Shown here piece by piece: positions 40,827 to 53,266 of a stretch of 64,000 nucleotides of DNA (within the stretch, counting starts at the first letter, position 1; every line of letters starts with the position of its first letter). The stretch is from Balanoglossus misakiensis (lineage: Eukaryota; Animalia; Hemichordata), in assembly GCA_040954595.2 (NCBI GenBank), contig CM082583.2:10305656-10369655 (forward strand), read 5' to 3'. The notes beneath the pieces are model-generated. The model was not told the origin of the DNA, ran no database searches, and saw nothing but the letters and a program-made list of their open reading frames with translations. Both the position numbers and the translations under genes were made by a program.

Positions 40827-43640
40827 TCAAAGGTAGGTAGTTTCGTTCATTTCGTTAAAAATACCTGTATACTCAGTGTTGTTTTCATGGCGGTCGTCTC
40901 CAGGTGTTTCCCAGCATGCACCGATCTGTTGGTCGTCGGTTTGAACGGAAACCGACACTTGTTTCACTTCCTGTTGCTTCGCCATGTTCGTGTCGCCATA
41001 TTGGCCAGACGGCGCCGCCTTTATCCGTTGCTTTGATTTGCCGCAGTTGCACCGGCAAGTGCACACTTCTGCTGAATTCTCCCGTTCCCTTCCTAGAGGC
41101 GGATTAAGTTGAGACGGCTCACTGTCGTTGTCGCTGTCAAAACCAAGATTGTCTTCGCCGCAACGTATCTGTATTGCCGTGGATATTTCGTCTAGCCTCG
41201 TGATATTATTGCTTTGTGCGAGTGCCCTCTCTCGTCCCATCTCATCGTGTATTGTAAAGACAGGGCGGTGAAAACCGTCATCAGATTCACCCTGTTGCCG
41301 ACATACAACGCTCCCGTTTGATGTGGCACTTCTGATGTGCACACCATCTGCCGTTCTCCGTTGCCCGTTGGGACTGTTGCCTTCCATTGCCTTCACGCCA
41401 TAGCGTTTATTTTGGAAAACGTTAATCAAAATCTGTTCCGGTCTGTTAGATTTGGTTTCCGCCGATTTGGCGTAGCGGTGGAAAGTTGTTATTTTCTGGA
41501 CGGCGTTCTGCCAGGAGCGTCGAGCACGGTGCGTCGTGTCCTTCTCCACGTCGATGGCGGCGTCCTGCTCATCCGGGTACTTGGCCTCCACCCTGTCCTC
41601 GTTCACGACACACCTCTTGATCTTGTCGTATTTGATGCTGCCGATGGAGTGTTCAACCAAGTCGGCGCCGAGGATTTCCTGGTCGAGGCTGAGCCTCAAT
41701 CCGATGGTGTAGTGGATAATGGTCAGCAAGATACTGGCGCTCAGAGCACACCACGCTGAGATACACACAACTGCCAGAACTTGTATGCCCAGAAGATAAA
41801 ACGTGCCGGTCTGTTTGTAAAGGGAACAATACATGTACAATGATACATTTTGCGGACGTCCGCTTATTAGACAAGAGGCACGTGATCCGGTGCGATTTTG
41901 TTGATGTCAACGGCTGTCATTAATGAGTATCTTCTGACATGTATCTTTGATTCTAACCATTGCGTGTAACTCAAAAGCAAATGAGCGGAAGCGAGTCTTC
42001 TTGCGGCAAATGATCGGCACGTTTTGGTGTCAAATCGTTGCAAGAAATTTTACGATGAAAATGTGTACCTTCGGACCCCCTGCAGAGTCATGGCTTCATT
42101 GTTGAAATCGGAATGTTATTCCGAGCCAATTTCAATGATTTGAAAGGGTTTTATTTTTTCTATTATTTGGAGGTTACTTTCAAAAGTGTACTGTAAGATT
42201 TTATTCTTACCGCCGTTAACCCGTCGGGTCCCTTCCCCGGGTCTATCTGACGCCCAAATATGCCGCCAGCTACCAGGCTCCATGCTCCGCACATTCCGTG
42301 CACCGGAACCACACCGACGGGGTCGTCGATCTTCAACTTGTTCAGCAGTTCTATGCCCCCGCAGGCGATGCAGCCACCGACCGAGCCGACGACAAAACTC
42401 TCCCAGGGATGGGCAGCGGCGCATATTGCTGTGTAAAACGACGGGGGATAATCAAAGCCGTTAGTGATGTGTGGACTCAAAGATCATCCGTCATACTCGC
42501 ACTAAAAATTCAAAACCTTCTGCATTGAGAATAAATCATGAGGTTTCGCTATTCTTGTCTCTCTTTTCGTATATTTGCATGATTTTTATTTCTTTAAAAT
42601 ATCGACATTTTGATTCCCGCGGAACTAAAATAACAAGCGCATCAACTGGGCCTTGTAGTGAATCTTGCGTACAACTACGCTGAAATTGAGTGTGGTGAGG
42701 GGATCTCCACAGATTCGAGACACAAGCACGAATACATGGGAACATTTTATGGACATTCGGCTTTTTTTCAGCTGCCTCCGGTCCAGACATACACGTCACC
42801 CAGTAATTGGTTTCATCAGACGAAAAAGTTTCGCCATTTTTTGTATATTCTGCAGTTGTTGTGAATTTATGAATCCGAGTCTCCAATGACAATGGGGGAG
42901 GGGGGGGGGAATTATATGTACAAACTTTTTTCGTGTTGATATTAAACCAAACCAAACTGAGCCTTGTATCTGGAAGAGGACAATATTCAAGTCCAAAGAT
43001 ATTGGCCACGGGTATTACGTATACGATATACCATATCATTACTCATAGGTCTGACCTATGAGTAATGATATGACCGTCATATTGTACTTTCTTACAAGAG
43101 CCCATGGCTGTTTATGCAGTGAATTGGAGGCGGTATAGTGTTTTCTTGCGTTGATACACTGGAACACAAATGGTGTGTATTATGTTATGCGTGAGGATGC
43201 ACGTATACATGTACGACTATGCTCCCTGTGGAATAATAGGACTTCTTCGTATTTTGAGGCGCAATGTTGGCCGAGAGAAAAAAAATAGTATCTTTTTCGA
43301 TCTGTGGTTAAGCCAAAATACAACACCGGTGTTGACAGTCTTCAGAAGGCGCCTTGTTGTTGAGCAGATGAACAGATTGTGCCTGAAAACATGTGAATTA
43401 TATTCGGTGGTCGTCACGGTGACGTTCGCCAAAAGATGTTAGCCGAAACCGCCGACGACAGCAAGCAACACAAAGCGCCGTTTCACAAAGCTCCAAATCC
43501 GACACTTTTTTTCTAAAAAGTGCAACGGTTAAAAACACTAGCTACATTTCAAAATCTACTAGTATTTCATTTACATACCGGTATTGAATTTGTATTACAT
43601 TTTTATGAGTTGGAACATGGTTGTCTTATAAGTTAAACAA

Positions 43641-43679
<39 letters not shown>

Positions 43680-46600
43680 CACAAACATGTAATTTTCGTT
43701 GGGCAACCTAGTTCATCCAATAAGTGGATGTGTACAGGTTGCTATGACAAGAAGAAACAATAATTTAGAACAACGTGACCTGCCATCATACACAGGCAGA
43801 TGTGGGGGGGGCGGGGTGGGCGAACGCCCGGGGCGAACGCCCCGGGGGACGCCATTTATTTCGTTTGACATTTCAAATAAATGAAACTGACTGGGCTATT
43901 TACTGCCTCTTATTTATCCCCACTTACAAACATTGCTGGTTGCACTATTGGGGTGACCTTTCCAGGAACTAAATAATTTTAATCAACATGACGCTACTGA
44001 CTAACTATTCTACTGAAAACGACTTGATTTAGTCTGTATATACCATTTTTTTCCCTTATAAGTATTTTCGCGATGGTAACATGAAATGATTGTAGTTGCG
44101 ATGGTGACTATAAATTCCTACTGACTCACAACCATTATCAAAAGTCAAATCGAACATTTCCAGATCTAGAACACGGTGCCCACGCTAATTTCGCCCCAGA
44201 AGAAATCATACCTGTTATAGACACGAGAGAACCAAGTATTCCGTTGATGATGTAGCCGACGTCAAACTTCCTCCTTTTTGTGATGTAACTGCATGGTATA
44301 ATTGGAATAAAAAGTAACCGTTATGAGCCGTGGGTATCTATCTATCCACCAGGCATTCGTTAAACCGCTTTGTTATGTCACATGTAGAGGTATTTAATAC
44401 ATCCGTGAAACAGAGAGAATCCCCACAGACACAATCACAGAAACACAAATACTTCTGATCAGTACGACATCGCCGCTGCGTGTAAATGTGATGAATAATG
44501 GAACCTCTCGCTGCGGGATAATGGCGCTTCCCGGAATACAGCATTGGTGATTATGACACCAAATCCCCGTGCTTCCGCGGACGTGACTGCCGCGAACAAA
44601 ATAAAATTCGTAATCAAAAATACACACCTTAATGTAATGCCAACTATTCCACCCGCCATCGATGATAAGATTGTTGATACGGCCGACCTTTTAGGAAAGA
44701 AACATGGCGCGAAGTTAGCGGGATTGCCATATTTATTGGACAAACAGAGATATTTGTATAGTTTCTCGTAAGCAAAAGCCCCGAGTCACTGCAAAAGTAA
44801 TCCTGACAGTGAGAACAGCCTTGTTTGTTAATTAGCAACAATTGTCAAAACAGCTCAGGTCTATAAGCGGTGTCAACGTCTCGCTGGGTTGATACACTTT
44901 ATATTATGTCTTACCTTGCGGCAAGTTTCCATTTGTTTGATGTTATGCCGTTTGTACTCCCGCAGTTAAATCCCAGCCACCCCCACCTGAAACGTAACAT
45001 AACACGACAGGCGTAAATTGGCGCACATTGAACTGAATTTGATAAACTATTAATTTTAAATTGGTCCATTTCCTTGCTACCTTTACTGGTCCGTTAGTGC
45101 TTGTTTTGGCACAGTCTGATACAAATGCCATATCGGGGCCGCGTCGATAAACAGGTATACTTCTAGGTGTAAAATGTGTCATTCTCATTAAAGCGTAATT
45201 CCGTGCAATAAGATAATTGATTTCGGTTAAATGGGCATTAGCTTTTCGCCATGCAGTTGCGTCAGTGCATCCCCCCCCCCCCCCATTTACATTGTCACTC
45301 GCGCGGCGTTAAGTGGCCTGAGTATTAACATCTGCAAAAATTCCACACATTACTAACATTGAGAACCAATTCTGTCAATCACGCACCTTGACACCCATGT
45401 AAGAGTCCCTGTCAAATACTGAAATTGAACCAGATTTGCAGCAATCGATAAAACGCGTTTTTGAGCCTCTTATTTTTTTCAGTGTTTCAAACCCTCGGAG
45501 TAGGTTTTATTTGTCAGTGAGGCGACACATTCCAGCATTAACAGCGAATCAATCAAGAAATGCCATCGCTCCAATCTGCTCTGTCAAATCCGCCACAAGA
45601 ATTCGAAATCTTCAATCGCAGCGATTTTCACGGATTCCGAAAATCCTGGCCCGTGGATTGGCCATGAATCCTAGAAACGTGTATTTGTGTAAGGTTTCTT
45701 CGCGCTCAGCGTATCCTAGTAGAACATTCTTGCTTTTAATTGAATACGTTTCCTAGGATTCATGTATAGTCGTGTCACGGACATCTATTTGTATCACAGT
45801 ATTGTAAAAATAAAACGTTCTAAGTATAGCAGTATTATTTGCATATTACAGGTCACTCCATCAGAAGTACACATATATAATATTTTTTTGTTAGTTAGCA
45901 TGAGAAAAACACGATTGGTGATTGATGATGAAATCTGAAATCGATGTGCATGTCAGAATAAGAGTAAACCAGACTTCAAGTTGGTTATATTGTCTTGATG
46001 GAGTCTATGGACTGATTCAAAGGGATCGTGGTGAACGATTGTGTATATACGTTTCTGCTGATTTGACAGAGCTCACGACGGCGTATTTTGGGATGGGCAA
46101 AGCTCTGCCCTGGCAGTACTGGCTCTATTTTTGAAATATTGTGCCATTTTGTCACCGTGTCTCGTCTTGCTTGATTCCCATCAATATTCACAAGCTTCCC
46201 CTTTACGTACCATCGGTTCAATATCATAGAACGTCGCCCCCCCCCCCTCCACTTAATTTCCGGTTATCAAGATAACAACGTTTGAACGTCTCCTCTCTGC
46301 TAAAGGCTTCCAAAAGTAATTTCGCTCGTTGCAGACGCCCCTTTCTAAACCGTAATCTCATTTATTCTGACCCGGAATTACAACAGTACAAAACGCGGCT
46401 TATTGCCCTATTTTAAACACCTTGTCAACCTAAAAGAGTAGCTCGTTTTGTTGTGCCTATAGTATATATCAGTAGTTAAAAAGAGCCCACGCTGGATTTC
46501 AGAGTATTCCCGATAAATGCGTCCGTGTGTATATGTAGATCGCACTAAAGAACGGTCATCGAACTGCCACAGAAGACGATTTTAGACAACGTGTCATCTC

Positions 46601-49600
46601 AATTAGCAAGAATCCTTCCTGGGCAAAATATCGTATTGTATGTCCATGAGTTAATTGCCCTGGTTGAGGCAGCTTAAGTTTTCAAAAGGCCTGTGTAGTT
46701 GTTTTGCAATCCTGGCTAATGACGACAGAGTAATTGCAAGGTCGTTGCTCTATACACTGAGCTCACGCTACCGTGGCAGTATCAAACCATCATTTGTTCA
46801 ACTCGGCGCAACCTTGTCTCGACAAACATGTTTGAAAATCTTGATGCGATTTGCGTCTCCGCCGTCACCACCATTATCAATGATTATTGGACATTCGCCC
46901 CTCAAACGAATAGCATATACATTATTGAAATCAATAATTTCAAAAAATCTCTAATAGAAAAGAACACGTATATGTCTGCGATAAGCTCCTTAAGGTTTTC
47001 GCGTGAATGGGACAAAACTGGCAATACTGAACGCTTGAGCGACACGACAGTCATCGACATGTTTATCACTTGGGCACAATTGTTACCAGGCAACATGGGC
47101 GGCTAGTAAAATGAGCTGATTAACGAACAACATCAATAATGAATTCAGATAGTTCGATGTCACCTGAGACACACGCAACCAACACTGGCGTTAATGTTGA
47201 AATACATGGAAGATGATAGGCCGATTAGCTTGTCTATGATTCTCAGGAGTAAAAACCTCTGATCAGATGCAGTAATGGGGAAAATAAAGTTTGCTTTTTA
47301 CAACCTGTCAAACGATGGGTAAATGTCTTATTTACGCTAATGCTGTTAAGTGAACAGTTGACAGACAGACAGACAGACAGACAGGCATGAATATTCATTG
47401 CACATATAGGAAGCAATTTTATGTTTCACGTTCAATAATGCATATAACTTGAGAAAAAGTGTATCGACGTCTTATAAGACAATAAGTTGAAGCATGATTT
47501 AAAACTAACTATTATCGGCGATATTTTTGGTCAACCAGCTTACATGTAAGTATCAAAGAGGTTGGTTCTGGTAATACTCACCATAACATAAACATGCCCA
47601 AAATTGCATTGGTTGGCGAGCCCATTGGTGGAGGTCTGGTCGACGAATACCTACGGTGGCGTGGCTTCAGAAACATCGTGGCCACTAGACCCGTCACCCC
47701 TCCCGCGATATGCACCGGTCCCCCACCAGCGATATCCAGAACTCCGAGGGCGTTCAGAAAGCCGTTGTCGGCCCAGACCCAGTGGGAGGGAAAGCTGAAG
47801 ACGAGGGTGTTCACGAAGGAGAATACGATGTACGCCTCCAGTCGCGTCCTCTCCACCATCGCCCCGGACACGATGGTGGTGGCCGTGGTGGCGAACGAGG
47901 CGTGGAAGACGAAGTCGGAATACTTTCCCATGTCCGTGTCGTTGGTCTGAAAGAAGAATCCCCCGAAGCCGCAGAATGCATTGGTGCCGCTATCCTTGCC
48001 GAAACTAAACGCGTATCCAAACATCCAATAGGTGAACCCTCCGTATATAACGTCCACGGCATTCTTCACCATAATATTCACTTCGTTCTTCAGTGTAGCT
48101 GTGCCGCTTTCCAGCAGACCAAACCCTGTAGTGTAGATAAAGAGTATACACGGATCTCAATATTTACAAATAGATATAAGTAACGGCTTCCATTTATAGA
48201 AAAAACATGCATGGACAAACGGGGGAAAAAGAAGAAAGAAACATAGAGTGCCCCGTGATGACTTCTGAGTGCTTTTCTTGTTTTTATCTCGTTTCAATCC
48301 ACCCATGTATTACTTTCGATGTATGCAATGATCGTGTCTTCGAGCATTCATAAGTTCATTCTTTCATCCATCCATCCATCCATCCATCCATCCATCCACC
48401 CACCCACCCATCCATCCATCCATCCATCCATCCATCCATCCATCCATCCATCCATCCATTCATTCATTCATTCGTGAATAAACTTGGAGAATCAGAAATT
48501 GGTTTTCCAGAGGAGTTTCGAATGAATTGAAATGTTAGAAAACGCTCCGTGTATTGAATGAATCGCCACGCTGCGCAAATGAACAACGCAAACGTCTGGG
48601 TGGTAGCAGTCACACCTTTGCACCTATTCGCAGGGTGCCCATGGCATAGGGAGATTGAGTTAGGTTGACCTATATTGTCTTGTTCTTGATGACGTAGGCA
48701 ATTGAAATGAAAACAAGGCCTTTTGGCATTTGTCGGAAATCCGCGTCTTTTTGTCAGTTCGTGAATCTGAAAACTACTCTCTACTTGGAAAAAGTCAAAA
48801 CGTTACCATGGCCGTTAAGGAAGTGGCTTTTTCGGTTTCAAACCACGTTTTTTTGCTATTGTGCACGCGATCGCCATGAGGTGTATAGATGCCTTACACT
48901 AAACGTAGCGAACGCATCGGAAAATTAGAATATGCAAACAATATCTGTGTGTGTGCCTTAAGAAATCGGCCGCAAATGCACAGCGTGGAGACATGTGGAC
49001 ATTATGCGCATGATCTTTGAAAGTGACAACAGCTGATCTGTTTGTATTCACCACCAACAAGAAAAAAAAACTGTGGTAAAGTTTCCATGACATATTTCAA
49101 AAATGAGGTTGGGTTGCTACAATGGTGACATTTAAAAGAAAGTAATGAGGTTATCCCCGAGGTTATGTCCCCCAATATCACTTGTACGCGGAGCTGTGTT
49201 GGAACCTGACCGCATCACACACGAACCGTGTGTTGGGGTTCATGACGTCACGAGTATCAACCCAGCTGGCTCAGATAACAAGTACAGGGAAACTGGGCAT
49301 TTGGGGCACTTTTTTTACTATCGCAAACAGTTCCATGAACCGATGTCCACATCGAATCAAACTCGTAGTTTTTAATCTGAGGCCTCAAAATATGAATATC
49401 ATTAATAAATTCGGTTTGAGAAGCTTTAACAGATCATGCATCAAATAAATATTGCCTGGGGCATCAAGAAATTCTCAGACCCGTCGTCACCGTGTAACTT
49501 AGCAGATTTAAGTTGACACTGCACTATTCGTTAATGGGTTCATTATACCTTTGCAGTAGCAGAATTTGCCCAAATTCCCAAACGTCGCCAGGCGAACACG

Positions 49601-50674
49601 ACAAAACCTCAGTAAGTGTTTCATCAAAATGGATTCTGTAATTTCTACAGAACTCGTCTTGGGAATGGGCGCTGATTTGTTCCATCCATAAAGATTCGCC
49701 ACATCGGTTGGTGGCGTCTGCAGCACGCATGCACACAAACAAAGAACACCCACTGATCGTCACCAGGCAGATTAGCAGCAAAGTTTCCCAATAAATAATA
49801 AATGGAACAAACATGGCATACTTCTATACTCCTGGAGTAATGTTCTAGACTGGGAATTATTACAGTATTACATCAGTTGCCATGCTGTAGAACGTAACCA
49901 TGGAACCGGTAGGCATGTCAACATTGTGCGACAAAGTAACGCCAGTGCCTTCGTTAGCAAAGCATAGAATTCTTCTCACGAACGAATCTGTGGGCGATAT
50001 TTGTCAAAGATCTTATTTGAATCTCATGCCATTCACGCTCCGCTGGTGTCAGCAATGTAGTTCCGGGCCATCACAAAAACTTACTGATGTAAAGTTACCG
50101 TCGCGACATCACGCAATCAAGAAGATGCCATAGTAGTGAAATAGAAATTAAAAACTGCCTTCAAGACGACGAGACTCACTGGACTGGCAAATTTCCCTTC
50201 CTTTGTAGATTTCATTATTTTCGGCATAGCAACGCAAATTTCCCTTGTGTCGTAGACTTCACTGTTTACGGCATTGCAACATTGTCCATGTCGTGGACAA
50301 CTACATGTATGTCAAAAAATTTAAAGGTACCATGGCGATTTCGAATTTACGGTCAGAATTTTCTGAACATTTTGTACCTTTGCGGACTGTACACTTTATG
50401 GCTAGGGCAGGGTTACCAATCAAAACCGGATTGACGTATTGCCCTTCATGAATGAATCAAGAGTAAAGATGAACTTGCACGACAACAACAACAACAACAA
50501 ACAATACCTACCCGACTGCATGGTGAAAATGACGAAGGCACTAGTCAGGATCCAGGTGGCATCGTCCCACTCGTTGGGCAGAAGATGCAACAGGATAGTG
50601 GTGTTGTTGCAGCGATCCGAATATTCGAGGTTGAAGTCCACCCCTGACCCGTTGCTGGCGTTTCCATGTGACAT
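40827..50674 (-). CDS. amt: Ammonium transporter (Amt family) paralog 5, 7 coding exons, 705 aa, long C-terminal tail
   Basis: Minus-strand exons 50674-50512, 48125-47582, 44986-44915, 44687-44628, 44288-44212, 42428-42211, 41810-40827; GT-AG, in frame (2118 nt). Motifs [64 protein letters not shown]. Confidence 0.92.
43032..43072. repeat. Perfect 41-bp inverted repeat (20-bp arms, 1-nt spacer) in an intron of Amt paralog 5
   Basis: CATATCATTACTCATAGGTC-T-GACCTATGAGTAATGATATG; the arms are exact reverse complements. Confidence 0.95.
43641..43678. repeat. (GCAA)n microsatellite
   Basis: About 9 tandem GCAA units. Confidence 0.9.
48364..48473. repeat. (ATCC)n microsatellite with ACCC/ATTC variants, in the extra intron of Amt paralog 5
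   Basis: Tandem TCCA units, visible directly. Confidence 0.93.
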
Positions 50675-51966
50675 TTCGGAGACGCGTGAGTAGAACGCAG
50701 ATGAGTGAGCAACAGAAAATAAGCTACCGTGCTGCCATTAACATCTGAAATTTAAACGATAAAATGAGAACAACAATAATTCTGTTTTACGTGTTCAATT
50801 ATCTATCGGCCTAATACAATTCACGGGTTGCGTAAGCAGATGCAAATTAGGTCGTTGTCAAGTGGAGATAGTAATTACTCGGGTGATGGTAATAAGTGCA
50901 TTTGTAATCATAAACCACGTGATTGCCATCGCTCTATATTTTCAAGTCTAGTGCTGAAATTTTGAATCGATCTATTTATTTCTTATACATGTGTATCAAG
51001 AAACTGAGCGATCGTCTTCTTCACTGTAACAGTTATATAATACAAAGTGACCTCATTCTTGCAGTTGAGAACCACATGTCGATCAAATGTGCTAAGTGTG
51101 TATACAGTAACCCAGACGATACGCTGTAAACAAGATCAGACATTGTTGTCTGAGGTACAATCAATAACCGCCACGTTTTCGAAGATTCATAGAAAACAGA
51201 TTCCAGGTAGGCGAGGGATGATTCATCAAATGTGTCATCTGTGATGTTTCCCGTTCGAATCACTGGCAAATGCATATGTTCATCTTTGCGTTTTGTTTCA
51301 CACGTTAAAGGACAAGTCTGTCTTAATACTCACGCGCTATCCTTCCGGTTCTTCAACTAAACCAGCATTAGGTTTTTATACTTCAAAGTACTAAACGACA
51401 TCAATCGCGACACGACATGTCAGTAGAGCGTTACGAAGCCTTCGCAGTACGCTTGCCGCCAGTTTACCGATTTATTCCCGTGATGCACCTCGACAACCCC
51501 GCTCCTTTTCTTCCCTCGGCTGACGGTCGCACATCCACGGGACGGTTGACAGTTGACGGCAAAAACACTGGACGGACACAGTAGCTTGCCTGGTGCCAAA
51601 TACGGAGAGACGCTATGCGTATGCTTGTAACTTCACAGGGCACCGTAACACAGCACCAACGATACGTCGCATCTATCCATGCTGGCTTTTTAGGAAATAT
51701 AATCCCGAATATCCCGTGTTCCATACACCAGTGAAGAATAAAGTCAGTCCCTATAGGAAGACCGACAACAAAGGGGGTAAAATAATCGCTTGTGCGTCGG
51801 TGAGATCTGGTCCCAAGCAAGGTCAAAGATTCAGAGGGCGCCTCCGGTCACAGGAAGATCCATGTGTATATCAGGAAATAAAATCCTGTATAGAGAACAC
51901 AAAAGATCATTTTCAACATTTGCATGTTAATCAACGACATTTATGGGTAAACATCCTGATACACGG

Positions 51967-52091
<125 letters not shown>

Positions 52092-53266
52092 ATATCAAAG
52101 GGGTTCATTTTATCAATAAAACATGCTCGTCGAAAGGCCTCTGTTTTCAGACGAACCTACAGAATGGCACCGATAAATAGATTTGAGTAGATTACACCGT
52201 TCTGGCTCAACGGGCTTATTAAAGAAAATAGTTGGATACAGGATTATCTCACAAATATTGCATATGCCATTCCCCTCAGACAGGATTATGAGAAACATAT
52301 TTGGGAATATTAAACGCAAAGTAAATTGCACACGCTCTCGGGGCTCCGGCATTCATGTTAAATAATCCATCACTCTCGCAATTGGGCATCACGTTTTGCA
52401 CAAACAATATTCTTGCAACGATTCTCTTACAACATACGGGACTTCTTCAAGGAACAATTGTAGGGTAAGAGACTGAATTGTACACAGCCATGCGTATGCA
52501 CGGCACGCATTCACCAAGAATCGTTATAAACACAGTTTGAATTCTAGCCCCCAGAACTGTGTACTGTTGCAGGCAGGATGATCTGTTCACCCTGCCGACT
52601 CGACTTTACATCAACAAGCCATTATAGTATGCTCGCCGCGAATAACGGTTCCCAATTTACAGTGGCAGTCCTTATAAGGCAAAGTTAATGCCATTTACAC
52701 CGTAGATTCTCCTGAAAAGCCTTCTGAATCTGTGTATGTGCATGATTTCTTTCTAAAAGTGAAAATCGTCTGGAATACTTAATTGCTAGCCATCCATTAT
52801 TGATAGTCTGATGAATAGAAAGTAAACAGTACGATTGATTATTGTGGCATCGACATACGGAGTGATTGAACAGATAAACCGACATCATTTAGTAACAACA
52901 TTTCTTTTCGTTTCGAATAGCTCGGATGAGCAAACTGTCTGTCTGTCTGTCTGCTCATTCACATGTTCCGCGTCCGCGTAGTAGGCCTAAATAACTTATT
53001 CATGTCTTCACATATGTTCGTAAATTGTGCCACCGTAACTTAAACCCTAAATGAAAGAAAACACATCGATTGGCCGCAGGCCTAAACACTCTTAAAATTG
53101 GCTTTTTATTCATAATTTATACATCAGGTGCGTTTTAAGTTGCCCTCGTTTTCCTCTTCAACTTGTTTATACTTTTCACGTCAAAGCCGCAAGAGACAAG
53201 ATTGTTGATGGTTTTTAAAAATTTATGATCGCACGTGTCCAGCATTCGAACAACCCCAAAGAAGTT

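Noticed and set aside
42163-42480. Paralog 5 as a frameshifted pseudogene (218-bp exon instead of 213)
   Set aside because: A strong phase-0 donor and acceptor pair restores the frame and a gap-free alignment; reported instead as an intron shift.
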